Part shown: positions 38,121-47,038 of the stretch, piece after piece | Layout: each line of letters begins with the position of its first letter | Numbering within the stretch: position 1 is the first letter of the stretch | NCBI GenBank assembly: GCA_030432925.1 | Contig: JAUILT010000001.1 | Location: 13,468-77,467, forward strand | Length of the DNA: 64,000 nt | Source of the DNA: Bdellovibrionia bacterium | Lineage (GTDB): Bacteria > Bdellovibrionota > Bdellovibrionia > Bdellovibrionales > UBA1609 | Reading direction: 5' to 3' | Program-made: the position numbers and the translations under genes | Notes under the pieces: generated by a model | Seen by the model: only the letters and a program-made list of their open reading frames with translations | Told to the model about the DNA's origin: nothing | Database searches by the model: none

Positions 38121-39059
38121 CTACTTATCTTTTTTTTTCATAGAGGTCTCATAAACAGACACTCTGTTTCGCCCATAGTCCTTGGCATCATAAAGGGCAT
38201 GATCAGCCCTGCGGACGAGAGCTCGAGCATCCAGCCCTTCACTTCCCTTGGTTACACAAAACCCTATAGAAACAGTGAGTTTCATACTGCTTTTACCGTC
38301 GTCAAAGGTGTGGTTGAGAATATTTTCTCTGAGACGATTACAAAAAATCATTGTCCCCTCTTTATCAGTTTCCGTAAGTACCATTAAAAACTCATCACCT
38401 CCATAACGAGCGGCAAAATCAATCTCTCTCATGGTATTTTTAATAATCTCCCCTGTTTCCTTTAAAACAAAGCTTCCAAATAAGTGGTCATTAGTATCAT
38501 TTACTGATTTAAAGTGATCCATGTCCATCATGATGCAAGAAACATTTCGCCCAAATCGCCTTCCCCTCTTAAGTTCAAAGTCAATGCGGTCATACATGGA
38601 ACGCATATTGTACAACCCTGTGAGGTAATCCAATTCTACCATTTTCTGAAGTTTATCATTGGCCTCCAGAAGATCTCGGTGAAGATTATTAACCCTTAAA
38701 CTGGCTTCAATTCGTGCTAGCATCTCTTCAAAACGAAAGGGTTTTCTAATATAATCATCAGCTCCAGCTCTTAATGCTTGCGCCACAAGAGAAGACTCTC
38801 CTCGGGCAGATATAAAAATCACTGTAGTGTAGTTTTTCTGCCGACGAAGGTCTTCCAACATCTCAAGACCTGTCAACCCTGGCATATCATGATCGGTAAG
38901 AACAATCGTTGGAGAAAAACTATCTACCTTTCTCAAAGCTTCGTCGGCCTGAGAAGCCTTATCCACTACATATCCAGCCTGGACCAAAGCCTCACAGATC
39001 ACCTCAAGAGTATTAGGGTCATCATCTACAACGAGGATTTTTACTTTTTCAGATGCCAT
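38121..39059 (-). CDS. response regulator-diguanylate cyclase (REC-GGDEF, PleD-like)
   Basis: 'KILVVDDDPNTLEV...VLTDHDMPGLTG...RKPF' then 'RYGGDEFLMVL'. The ATG at 39059 (MASEKVKILVVDD) is preferred over the track start at 39107. Confidence 0.85.
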   Translation of the reverse strand: MASEKVKILVVDDDPNTLEVICEALVQAGYVVDKASQADEALRKVDSFSPTIVLTDHDMPGLTGLEMLEDLRRQKNYTTVIFISARGESSLVAQALRAGADDYIRKPFRFEEMLARIEASLRVNNLHRDLLEANDKLQKMVELDYLTGLYNMRSMYDRIDFELKRGRRFGRNVSCIMMDMDHFKSVNDTNDHLFGSFVLKETGEIIKNTMREIDFAARYGGDEFLMVLTETDKEGTMIFCNRLRENILNHTFDDGKSSMKLTVSIGFCVTKGSEGLDARALVRRADHALYDAKDYGRNRVSVYETSMKKKDK

Positions 39060-39179
39060 CTTCTTTATTCTAGGAACTGTCCTAACAAAGAACAAACACC
39101 ATCCCATACCCGCAGCGACAAAAGTCTAGAACCTCATTTGTAAAATAACACTTTTCCTAAGGAATTCCGATAACATACC

Positions 39180-41546
39180 GTGGAGAAAAAACTGCTTTAC
39201 AGTGCCATTGCACTGTTTACCCTGGAACTGGTTATATTTTTGGCAGATCTTGGTTATCTACCAACTCCCATATTTGAATCCAATGAGGTCCAAACACGTC
39301 AACCCATGATTGGATTTGTCAGAAAAACCAGAGAGACTGTTCGAAAAAAGTCCCATGAATCTATTTTCTGGCAACCTACGTCCAATAAAGATACTTTAAA
39401 TGCCTATGACTCGATACTCACACTTGAAAATAGTGCTGCCGAACTGGAATTGGAAAATGACATTCAGCTAAATCTCAACGGCAATACCCTAGTGGTGTTG
39501 GAGCCTGTAGAAGCCCAAGGACAAAAGCGTTTTCGTATTCAGTTTCAAAAAGGTAATCTTCGAACTCTTTCTTCAAAACAAGATGTCACCATGAAAACCA
39601 GCGACTGGATACTAGAAGCCAATAAAGGCACTGATATTTCTGTTACTCAGATGAAAGATCAACACATTCAAGTGGAAGTCTTAAAAGGTCAGGCTCGAAT
39701 AAGTCATACAGAGGTCAAAAAAAACAGTACCATTATCAGCTCTGGATCAAGAGTGGCTCTATCCAAACAACACGTAAAGTCTGCAGTAAAAATTTCAAAA
39801 GACTTTGAGTGGATAACCAATAACAACCAAATGGTGAAGTATGATTATCAGTTTCCAACACCCGTAACACTGAGCTGGAAAGGTCGTGCTACACGACTGC
39901 GCTTACTTCAACCAGGACAAAACTTTATAAATAAAAAACTACGGACTGACCGCCATGGCACTTGGACTGGTCAATTTGAACCCGGTACATGGCTCATCAC
40001 TGCAGAAACAAACACTTCCACCTCCCCCACTCTAATGCTTAAAGTTCTTCCGACAAAAAAGCCTCGCTACCTGAGCCCTCTTCCTAGAGATCGACATGAC
40101 GCAACCACAACCACTCTCTTCGATTGGTTAAAACATCCAGATATAGATGAATATGAATTACAAATTTCTGATACCTCAGATTTTTCAAACATCTTGGAAA
40201 CCTATAAGACTAAAGATACACATTTGGACATTTTTTTAAAATCTTCAGGCCTTATCTACTGGAGGCTTCAAGGAAATGATCACAGAGGCTATCAAGTTCC
40301 AGCATTTTATATTTACCCCCTATATAACGTAAAAACTCCTCTGGACCCACCTCAACTTCGACCACCTTTACAAAGACAACCCGCTCAGAAAAAACAAAAA
40401 AAAGGAACCTCTTTATTAAAAAAGTTTTATCAAAAACAGTCCGTTTTGGGTATAATCGATTGGCTGCTTCCAACAGCTCATGCTAAAAATACTCCCTCCC
40501 CTTCGCCAGAAAAAACAAAAAAAACTATAATTTTCAGTTGGTATGAAGTTCCCGAAGCAGATTATTATGTGATCGAGATTTCTGTCTCGAAAGACTTTCT
40601 AAACCCTCTTTTGGTAAAAAAAGTGACTCAAACAGAGTTTTCCTGGTCAGAATTTGATATCAATACCTACTATTACAGAGTCGCGGCGGCACAAAATAAT
40701 GGGCGTATGGGATTATTTTCTACACCAGAAGAGGTTAACCTAAATCTTCTTGATACAGAAACAGCATCTAAAGAACTTAAACCCGGAGTGCGTTTGAGTA
40801 TTGAAAAAATAAAAAATAAAATTAAAAAACAACAAAAAGAAGATACAACAGAACTTGAAAAAAAAACCACCAAACCAAAGAATATAGTTGTGCGCTCTGT
40901 ACTGAAAGTAGAGAAGCCAGTGGCTCTTAAGCGCCATGAAATGAACATTACAGGGTCACTATTTTGGTCCGGAGGATATATTATCAACTCTCACTCCACA
41001 AAAAATAGTGTTAAAGCCCATCAAAGTGGCTTTTCTGTCCGAAGACTGGGACTCAACTTGACCCTTCCTATGCACAAATATGGACATCTGTCTCTTCATT
41101 CAGAATACAATGAAAATAAATGGCAGTCTGACACTGATAAACTGCCATTTCAAAACTCTCTGATACAGACTCATTGGTTCCACTCCTTGATGTACGCCTC
41201 TCAAAACTCCCCATCCCCTTATGGATTATTTTATGAATCTATTGGTATTGCCGAACGATCTGGCAGCGAATCAATGAGTTTAAAGAATATTGAGATCTAC
41301 GGCCTATTAACAAAAACCAGATATCAATTTTTTTCATCATGGAATACACAACACACCTTGGGTATGGGTTATGGCCCCCCTTTCTTTGTTCTTCACTCTG
41401 ACAATTATGTATTTTACGGATTAAATTTTTGGGGAGAACATACTGGCAATACAGGCTTAGAGTTTAACATCAAATACGGCCAAGGCAGCAGTGGTCTCAA
41501 CTTTATTTATTCACAGATTATGTACCGCATTGGCTTTGAGTTTTAA
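39180..41546 (+). CDS. large envelope protein: N-terminal TM, FecR-like region, two repeated beta-sandwich modules, Lys-rich linker, C-terminal barrel-like region
   Basis: GTG start. Repeats are 'YELQISDTSDFSNILE...LIYWRLQG' and 'YYVIEISVSKDFLNPL...YYYRVAA'. It ends '...MYRIGFEF'. Confidence 0.6.
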   Translation: MEKKLLYSAIALFTLELVIFLADLGYLPTPIFESNEVQTRQPMIGFVRKTRETVRKKSHESIFWQPTSNKDTLNAYDSILTLENSAAELELENDIQLNLNGNTLVVLEPVEAQGQKRFRIQFQKGNLRTLSSKQDVTMKTSDWILEANKGTDISVTQMKDQHIQVEVLKGQARISHTEVKKNSTIISSGSRVALSKQHVKSAVKISKDFEWITNNNQMVKYDYQFPTPVTLSWKGRATRLRLLQPGQNFINKKLRTDRHGTWTGQFEPGTWLITAETNTSTSPTLMLKVLPTKKPRYLSPLPRDRHDATTTTLFDWLKHPDIDEYELQISDTSDFSNILETYKTKDTHLDIFLKSSGLIYWRLQGNDHRGYQVPAFYIYPLYNVKTPLDPPQLRPPLQRQPAQKKQKKGTSLLKKFYQKQSVLGIIDWLLPTAHAKNTPSPSPEKTKKTIIFSWYEVPEADYYVIEISVSKDFLNPLLVKKVTQTEFSWSEFDINTYYYRVAAAQNNGRMGLFSTPEEVNLNLLDTETASKELKPGVRLSIEKIKNKIKKQQKEDTTELEKKTTKPKNIVVRSVLKVEKPVALKRHEMNITGSLFWSGGYIINSHSTKNSVKAHQSGFSVRRLGLNLTLPMHKYGHLSLHSEYNENKWQSDTDKLPFQNSLIQTHWFHSLMYASQNSPSPYGLFYESIGIAERSGSESMSLKNIEIYGLLTKTRYQFFSSWNTQHTLGMGYGPPFFVLHSDNYVFYGLNFWGEHTGNTGLEFNIKYGQGSSGLNFIYSQIMYRIGFEF

Positions 41547-43184
41547 AGCCAAGAGTAAAGGTACCACTAACAAGACAGTCAATACAAAAAGAAAAAATAT
41601 GGGCGGTTTTTTTCTATCAAAATCTACAACCATTCCACACCCTCCTCCCTGATCAAAATCAAATTTCTGCTGAAAATAAGGTGAGTAATGAATCTGTATG
41701 CCTTGCAGATAAGACCCATTAGACTCATCAACATTCGTCAAGCTTGCTCTAAAACGAATGTATCGCCCCTGGGGCTCTGTTAGGCTATTAACTTCTACCC
41801 AGGATACAGGAACAAAATCATTACTTTCACCAGAAGAAATATCTAAAAAACTCGAAGCTCCCGAAGAAAGAGAACTTGTCAATGTGACCCCTGTCACACT
41901 GGGACGTGTGCTCATAAAATCAATGGGCTGAGAAGATAAAGTGAATGTTCCTGCTTGAAAGCGGCTATACCCGACATGAGCAAGCAGGGTATCTGGTTTT
42001 TCTGCATTTAAAGCATAAGGCGGAAGAGCTATCGAGTAACCACTCTTACCAGAAGCCCAAGTACGACCAGCACCTCCACGACCACCATTCACTCCAAAAA
42101 TATTGCTCCCCCCCACTCCGCCATAGGCTCGCACCGGACCAGAAATATAAACATCACCCAGTGCAAAAAGCTGAATAGACCCCCCACCACCACCGCCGCC
42201 AGCTCCTGAATTCTGAGTAGCGTTTCCACCACCATTTCCACCATTGGCATAAATACCTCCTGAGGGTGAAATTTTAATATCTCCAAAGGCATGAATAATA
42301 ACTCCTCCACCACCGGCACCTCCACCACCGCCAGAAAGATTCGAAGCCCCCCGATGATCACCTCCTCCACCACCAGCGCCTCCACCTAAAAATAAGAAAC
42401 TATGATCAGGTTCCACATCACCGCTTACGCCACCTGTTCCTGGCATCTGTGCGGTTCCAGCCTCTGCAACGCTGGCCGCAGTATTGGCTGTATAAGAGCC
42501 ACCGCCACCGCCGCCAGAACCAGTTCCACTAGAAGAGGCTGCTCTCCCAGGACTCGGCTTTCCGGGAACAACTGTCACGCCCAAAAACTCACCACTTTCA
42601 GCCTCCACAGTAATGGCTGAAACAACGTAGGATCCGGCGCCTCCAGCCCCACCTCCACAACGGCCTGTTCCTCCCAAGGCCTTTGTATCAAGATTTTGAA
42701 AGCTCTCTCCATCCTCTCCAGAGCAATCAATAGAACCATCAATAATGACATCTCCTTGAGAGTAAATGACCAGAGCGTTATCTCCCTCAGGCTGCAATGT
42801 CCAACCAGAATCCAAATAAAATCCTGTTACCTGAAGCTGTGAATACATCGACGTATCTAAACGAATAATGTTACCAGAAATATCACCATCTTTTGAGAAA
42901 TGAGAATATGTTGTAGAATCAAAAACCCCATGCTCCCCACTACCAATATCAAAATTTTTGGAAAGTGTAACATTGCCTGCCGTTACGTAGTTATTGATTT
43001 TTAAAGGGGGATGAAGCGCTTGCAGAGAAATATTCCACTCCAAAGTACCGGAATCTTTATTAAGTAAAAGTGAAAAATCCTCAGAAACCTGTGCTGCCTG
43101 AGCCAAGTTTGACACAATAAAAGAAGCCATCCAGCCACTCAAAATAAATACAAGGTTTGTTCTCCAATCAGGCAGATTCCACAT
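41511..43184 (-). CDS. glycine-rich repetitive secreted protein with C-terminal hydrophobic anchor
   Basis: It has a signal peptide. Gly runs include 'GGGAGGAGS', 'GSGGGGGGSY', 'LGGGAGGGGGD' and 'GAGGGGGGGS', interleaved with 'VIIHAFGDIKISPSGGIYANG'-type strands. The tail is 'GGGCGMVVDFDRKKPPIFFLFVLTVLLVVPLLLALKLK'. Confidence 0.65.
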   Translation of the reverse strand: MWNLPDWRTNLVFILSGWMASFIVSNLAQAAQVSEDFSLLLNKDSGTLEWNISLQALHPPLKINNYVTAGNVTLSKNFDIGSGEHGVFDSTTYSHFSKDGDISGNIIRLDTSMYSQLQVTGFYLDSGWTLQPEGDNALVIYSQGDVIIDGSIDCSGEDGESFQNLDTKALGGTGRCGGGAGGAGSYVVSAITVEAESGEFLGVTVVPGKPSPGRAASSSGTGSGGGGGGSYTANTAASVAEAGTAQMPGTGGVSGDVEPDHSFLFLGGGAGGGGGDHRGASNLSGGGGGAGGGGVIIHAFGDIKISPSGGIYANGGNGGGNATQNSGAGGGGGGGSIQLFALGDVYISGPVRAYGGVGGSNIFGVNGGRGGAGRTWASGKSGYSIALPPYALNAEKPDTLLAHVGYSRFQAGTFTLSSQPIDFMSTRPSVTGVTLTSSLSSGASSFLDISSGESNDFVPVSWVEVNSLTEPQGRYIRFRASLTNVDESNGSYLQGIQIHYSPYFQQKFDFDQGGGCGMVVDFDRKKPPIFFLFVLTVLLVVPLLLALKLKANAVHNL

Positions 43185-43584
43185 AGTCTTCCCAGCCCAT
43201 AATATCCCAAATCTTTTTTCTTAAAATATCGGCACGAAATGGTTTAATGATATAGGAACTCACTTTCATTTGTGCCGCCTGAGTAACTTTAAACCGTTCC
43301 ATGGACCTCTGGGATGTAATCATTATGAAGCTCGTGTTCTTCCTCAATGGATGATTACGCACAGCTTTTAATAAGGTAAGTCCATTTAATCCAGGCATTT
43401 CCCAATCTGATATGATTAATCCAATGGAATTTTTTTGGTCATTGATATATGACAATGCGCTCTTGGGATCTTGCATGGATTTTATATTTGTAAAACCATA
43501 TCCCTTCAAGTACTCAACAAGAACTTCTCTTACCATAGCATCGTCATCTATTAATAATATTGGCAATGTATAATTAGCGTTCAT
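43168..43584 (-). CDS. single-domain CheY-like response regulator
   Basis: 'ILLIDDDAMVREVL...LIISDWEMPGLNG...YIIKPF'. The ATG at 43584 overlaps the upstream stop by 1 nt (TGATG). The first 'M' in the track is a TTG. Confidence 0.85.
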   Translation of the reverse strand: MNANYTLPILLIDDDAMVREVLVEYLKGYGFTNIKSMQDPKSALSYINDQKNSIGLIISDWEMPGLNGLTLLKAVRNHPLRKNTSFIMITSQRSMERFKVTQAAQMKVSSYIIKPFRADILRKKIWDIMGWEDYVESA

Positions 43585-44876
43585 CAAACAGCTCCATTTG
43601 GTTTACATGCTTTTGGTAATCGAATCACTGCCTCAAGGCCCTTAACTCCATGGTTAACTAGTTGAAACTCTCCTTGATGATCTACCTCAATAATTTCACG
43701 GCAAATAGGAAGCCCCAATCCGGTGCCTTGTTTGCCCTTTGTCGTATAAAAGGGCTCTAATACCTTGTCCATAAGTTCTTTTTTGATACCAGGTCCATAA
43801 TCTCTCAATCGAATTTCAGCAAACTCACCAACATCAGTAACTGTTAAGTCAATTTGTCCACTGTTTCCCATTGCGTGAATAGAGTTAATAGTAAGATTCA
43901 CAAGCACTTGAAGTATTGAGGTTTGATTAACGTGAATACTAACTTTTTCTGTTTTAATCCTGCAGACTTTTAATTGAGATACTTTAATCTTATGCTCCAT
44001 TAATACCAGAACCTCATCCAATAAACTATGAGCATAAATATCTGTTTTTTCTCGTGCGGACTCTGCAGGATTGGACAGATCCTTAAATTTTTCTAAGATC
44101 TCATTTGCTCTTCCTGTAGCGTCCAAAATGACTTCTAACCCTGCTTTCATTTTTTCAGGATTCTTTTCCGCCAAACAAATATCCGCTTTACCCATAATTT
44201 GCATAAGTAGATTACCAAATTCGTGAGAAACCCCTCTAGCGACAGCCGCAATGGAGCTTAGTTTTTCACTCTCCATCAAACGCCTTTGAGCTTCAGCTAA
44301 TTGTGCGTTCTGCAGTTTTTTTTCTTCGTTCAGATTCCATAATGAAGTAAAATTTCTAGCCTTTTGCAGAATCTCCCCATTACTGAAGGGTTTATTTAAA
44401 TAATCCCAGCGGTTAGTTTTATCCTCACCAAGAAATTGCTGAATAGAATCAACACTCCGATCATTGAAGGCAGTAACAAATACTGCGTACATGTTTGGAT
44501 CCAAATCATGAATTTCTTTAACCAAATCAAACCCATCTTTGCTCCCGCCTAACAATACGTCAAAGAAACCCATAGCAAATGGCGCCCCTTCACGAATTTG
44601 CTTTTTAACAATGGCTAGAGCTTCATCATAGTTTTTTGCTACAACAACCCTGAACTCTGTATCACTTCGAATAGTTTCAGGCCTTTGTGACCTGGAGCTT
44701 TTTATGGAAATCACATTATTTTCGGCTTCAGGGGTTAAAATATCTAGGTAGGATTGAATAATTTCTCTTTCATCATCAACAACCAAAATCCGATGATTGT
44801 GTTTAAACTCAGACTTAGATAATGCCTGGTTTTCTTGCATGGATTTATGCTTAACAATTTTTGCTAGCTGCTTCAT
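43584..44876 (-). CDS. histidine kinase with N-terminal receiver-like domain
   Basis: 'ILVVDDEREII...FFDVLLGG...LNKPF', H-box 'SHEFGNLLMQI', G-boxes 'GPGIKKE' and 'GTGLGLPICREI'. The ATG at 44876 forms an ATGA overlap with the upstream kinase stop. Confidence 0.85.
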   Translation of the reverse strand: MKQLAKIVKHKSMQENQALSKSEFKHNHRILVVDDEREIIQSYLDILTPEAENNVISIKSSRSQRPETIRSDTEFRVVVAKNYDEALAIVKKQIREGAPFAMGFFDVLLGGSKDGFDLVKEIHDLDPNMYAVFVTAFNDRSVDSIQQFLGEDKTNRWDYLNKPFSNGEILQKARNFTSLWNLNEEKKLQNAQLAEAQRRLMESEKLSSIAAVARGVSHEFGNLLMQIMGKADICLAEKNPEKMKAGLEVILDATGRANEILEKFKDLSNPAESAREKTDIYAHSLLDEVLVLMEHKIKVSQLKVCRIKTEKVSIHVNQTSILQVLVNLTINSIHAMGNSGQIDLTVTDVGEFAEIRLRDYGPGIKKELMDKVLEPFYTTKGKQGTGLGLPICREIIEVDHQGEFQLVNHGVKGLEAVIRLPKACKPNGAV

Positions 44877-46969
44877 GCCACATCCCTCTCTTCTACACCT
44901 TGAACAGGTGGCAGGGTTACGCAAAATATGGCACCTTCGCCTGGCACTGATTTCTCTAGGGTAATATCACCACCATGGGCCCTTATGAATCTTCGGCTAA
45001 TATTTAACCCCAGGCCTGTTCCTTGTTCTCTTTTTTTCGTGGTAAACTGAGATTGAAAGAGCTTTTTTATATGGTTCTCTTCAATTCCCACACCATTATC
45101 CTCTATTAAAATCTCTGTGGATTGGTCTTGTTTTCTTCGCACATGAATCTGAATTAAACCTCGAAATCCAGCCTCAACATCTTTCGCCTTATATTCCATA
45201 ATAGCCTGAATGGAATTTCTAATCATATTTGTCATGCTCTGCAGAAACTCATCTCTATCTAGAGCTACTTGAATTGTCGGGTCTGGTTGTGAGATAACGA
45301 CTGTAATATCTTCTTTAGAAGCAAAGTCAGCCATGATATTGACTGTCTCATCCAGTATAGGAGCCAATTCATGAACACGTTTTTCACTTTTTACAATAGA
45401 TAAATTTCTCATACTCTGAACAATCCGGTTGATTCTCTCAGATTCTCGAATCAAGAACTCTGTATCGCTAATTAAACTTTTCCATTCTAAATGAAAGTGA
45501 GCATCCAGTTTCTGTAAATTATCTAGATCTTCATCCCAAAGAGATTCTCCAGGTTTTAACAAAGATGGCTGTTTCCAGTTTTTGATCAACTCATTAAAGC
45601 CTCCTTGAGAATAATCCCTCCTCCAGCTTTCTGTGATTTCTCGAAACAACTGTGATTTCTGGTTTTTTTCTAGTCGACTTTTAATTTTCTGAATGCGCGA
45701 TAAAATAGATGTTAATGGGTTAAGAACTTCATGAGCAGCCCTTCCAGCGATCTCTCCGACTGATGCCAACCTTGTCGTTCGTAGCAAGGCTTCTTGAGCA
45801 TCCTTCACAGCCTGATTTTGTTTCTCTAACTGCTGAGTACGCTCTTTAACCTTGGCTTCCAAGTTTCTGTTAGCCTCTTCCAACTGCTCACGACTCTGCT
45901 TCAAGTCAATAATCATTGCATTGAACTGATCGGCAAGAACTCGGATTTCATCTCTTGACTGAACTTCAATCTGTGTTTCAAGATTTCCCGTAGAGACCTC
46001 TTTCATCCCCCCGACAAGAACCTCCAGAGGTCGAGTCAGTGACTGAGAAAATAAAATAGCCGCGATAAAAGCTAGGGTTCCTACCATCATAGCAAAAAGA
46101 AGAGAACGCATCACCAACCGGTTCACTACTGAAAATGCCTTAGCTTCAGAGACCATAGAAATTACGTTCACTTGATCACCATAGGTTCTGGAAAACCCTC
46201 CTAAAATTCGACCATGATTTGTCTGCATTTCAAGAACAGATGTTCTTGCGGGAGTGTTTAAAGCTTTTTCGATCACTCCACTTTCAACAACTTGCTTACC
46301 ACGCATAACTTCAGCATTTGAATGGATCAGCACTTCTCCATCTTTATTAATAAGAAAAACGTCATTATAAGTTCCACTAGTGATAGATTTTAAAATTTTA
46401 TCTGCCTTAATAAAGGCTACCACTGCGTAATGATTTACAACCTGTCCACTTTCAGTCTCCTCCACAACGCTCTTACCATACCCTATCAAAGGAGGTCCCG
46501 CTTTTTTGGTGGCATTCCAGATGGCTTCTCCATCTCGTTTAATTCTTGCAAAAGGAATTTGAGATGAAAGGTCTACAGTAATATAAGAATCACTGACCCC
46601 ATAGGTTTCTAGATAAGTTTTGTCCAGATGAAATTGCCGAGTTAAGCCCTTAAAATCCTCACTTCCAGAGACGTAAACCAAATCTGAGTTATCATGAATT
46701 AACTTTTGAATAACACCCAGTGATTTTTTACTTTTCGAACGAAAAAAATAAGCCACTAACTCCATTTTATCAGAAGAGTTTTGAAACAAAGACTGAACAT
46801 CTGAGGATATATTGGTAACAAGGCTCCGGTTATAATCAAAAACCAGGTTCAGTTTATCCGTACGAATCACAGTAGTTGCCATTAACAAATAGGCCGTCAC
46901 ACAAAAAACCAACAGGGCTGTTGTCACCATGAGAAATTTGTAGCGAATAGAAAATCTTTGTTTCTTCAT
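44873..46969 (-). CDS. membrane sensor histidine kinase (periplasmic Cache-like domain, HAMP, HisKA, HATPase)
   Basis: Two TM helices flank a loop of about 270 aa. HAMP 'RPLEVLVGGMKEVSTGNLETQIEV', H-box 'AHEVLNPLTSI', 'GTGLGLNISRRFIRAHGG'. Confidence 0.85.
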   Translation of the reverse strand: MKKQRFSIRYKFLMVTTALLVFCVTAYLLMATTVIRTDKLNLVFDYNRSLVTNISSDVQSLFQNSSDKMELVAYFFRSKSKKSLGVIQKLIHDNSDLVYVSGSEDFKGLTRQFHLDKTYLETYGVSDSYITVDLSSQIPFARIKRDGEAIWNATKKAGPPLIGYGKSVVEETESGQVVNHYAVVAFIKADKILKSITSGTYNDVFLINKDGEVLIHSNAEVMRGKQVVESGVIEKALNTPARTSVLEMQTNHGRILGGFSRTYGDQVNVISMVSEAKAFSVVNRLVMRSLLFAMMVGTLAFIAAILFSQSLTRPLEVLVGGMKEVSTGNLETQIEVQSRDEIRVLADQFNAMIIDLKQSREQLEEANRNLEAKVKERTQQLEKQNQAVKDAQEALLRTTRLASVGEIAGRAAHEVLNPLTSILSRIQKIKSRLEKNQKSQLFREITESWRRDYSQGGFNELIKNWKQPSLLKPGESLWDEDLDNLQKLDAHFHLEWKSLISDTEFLIRESERINRIVQSMRNLSIVKSEKRVHELAPILDETVNIMADFASKEDITVVISQPDPTIQVALDRDEFLQSMTNMIRNSIQAIMEYKAKDVEAGFRGLIQIHVRRKQDQSTEILIEDNGVGIEENHIKKLFQSQFTTKKREQGTGLGLNISRRFIRAHGGDITLEKSVPGEGAIFCVTLPPVQGVEERDVA

Positions 46970-47038
46970 TTATTTTACCTACTTGCTTACCGATGCTATC
47001 GGTTTTTTTACATCCAAAAAGTAGGCAAAAACCCCTAT

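Noticed and set aside
41945-42620. ORFs 41945-42178(+), 42089-42385(-) and 42402-42620(+) inside the glycine-rich gene
   Set aside because: They are artefacts of GGN/NCC-rich repetitive DNA, which is open in several frames. The 557-aa frame has a signal peptide, coupling to the upstream regulator and a C-terminal anchor.
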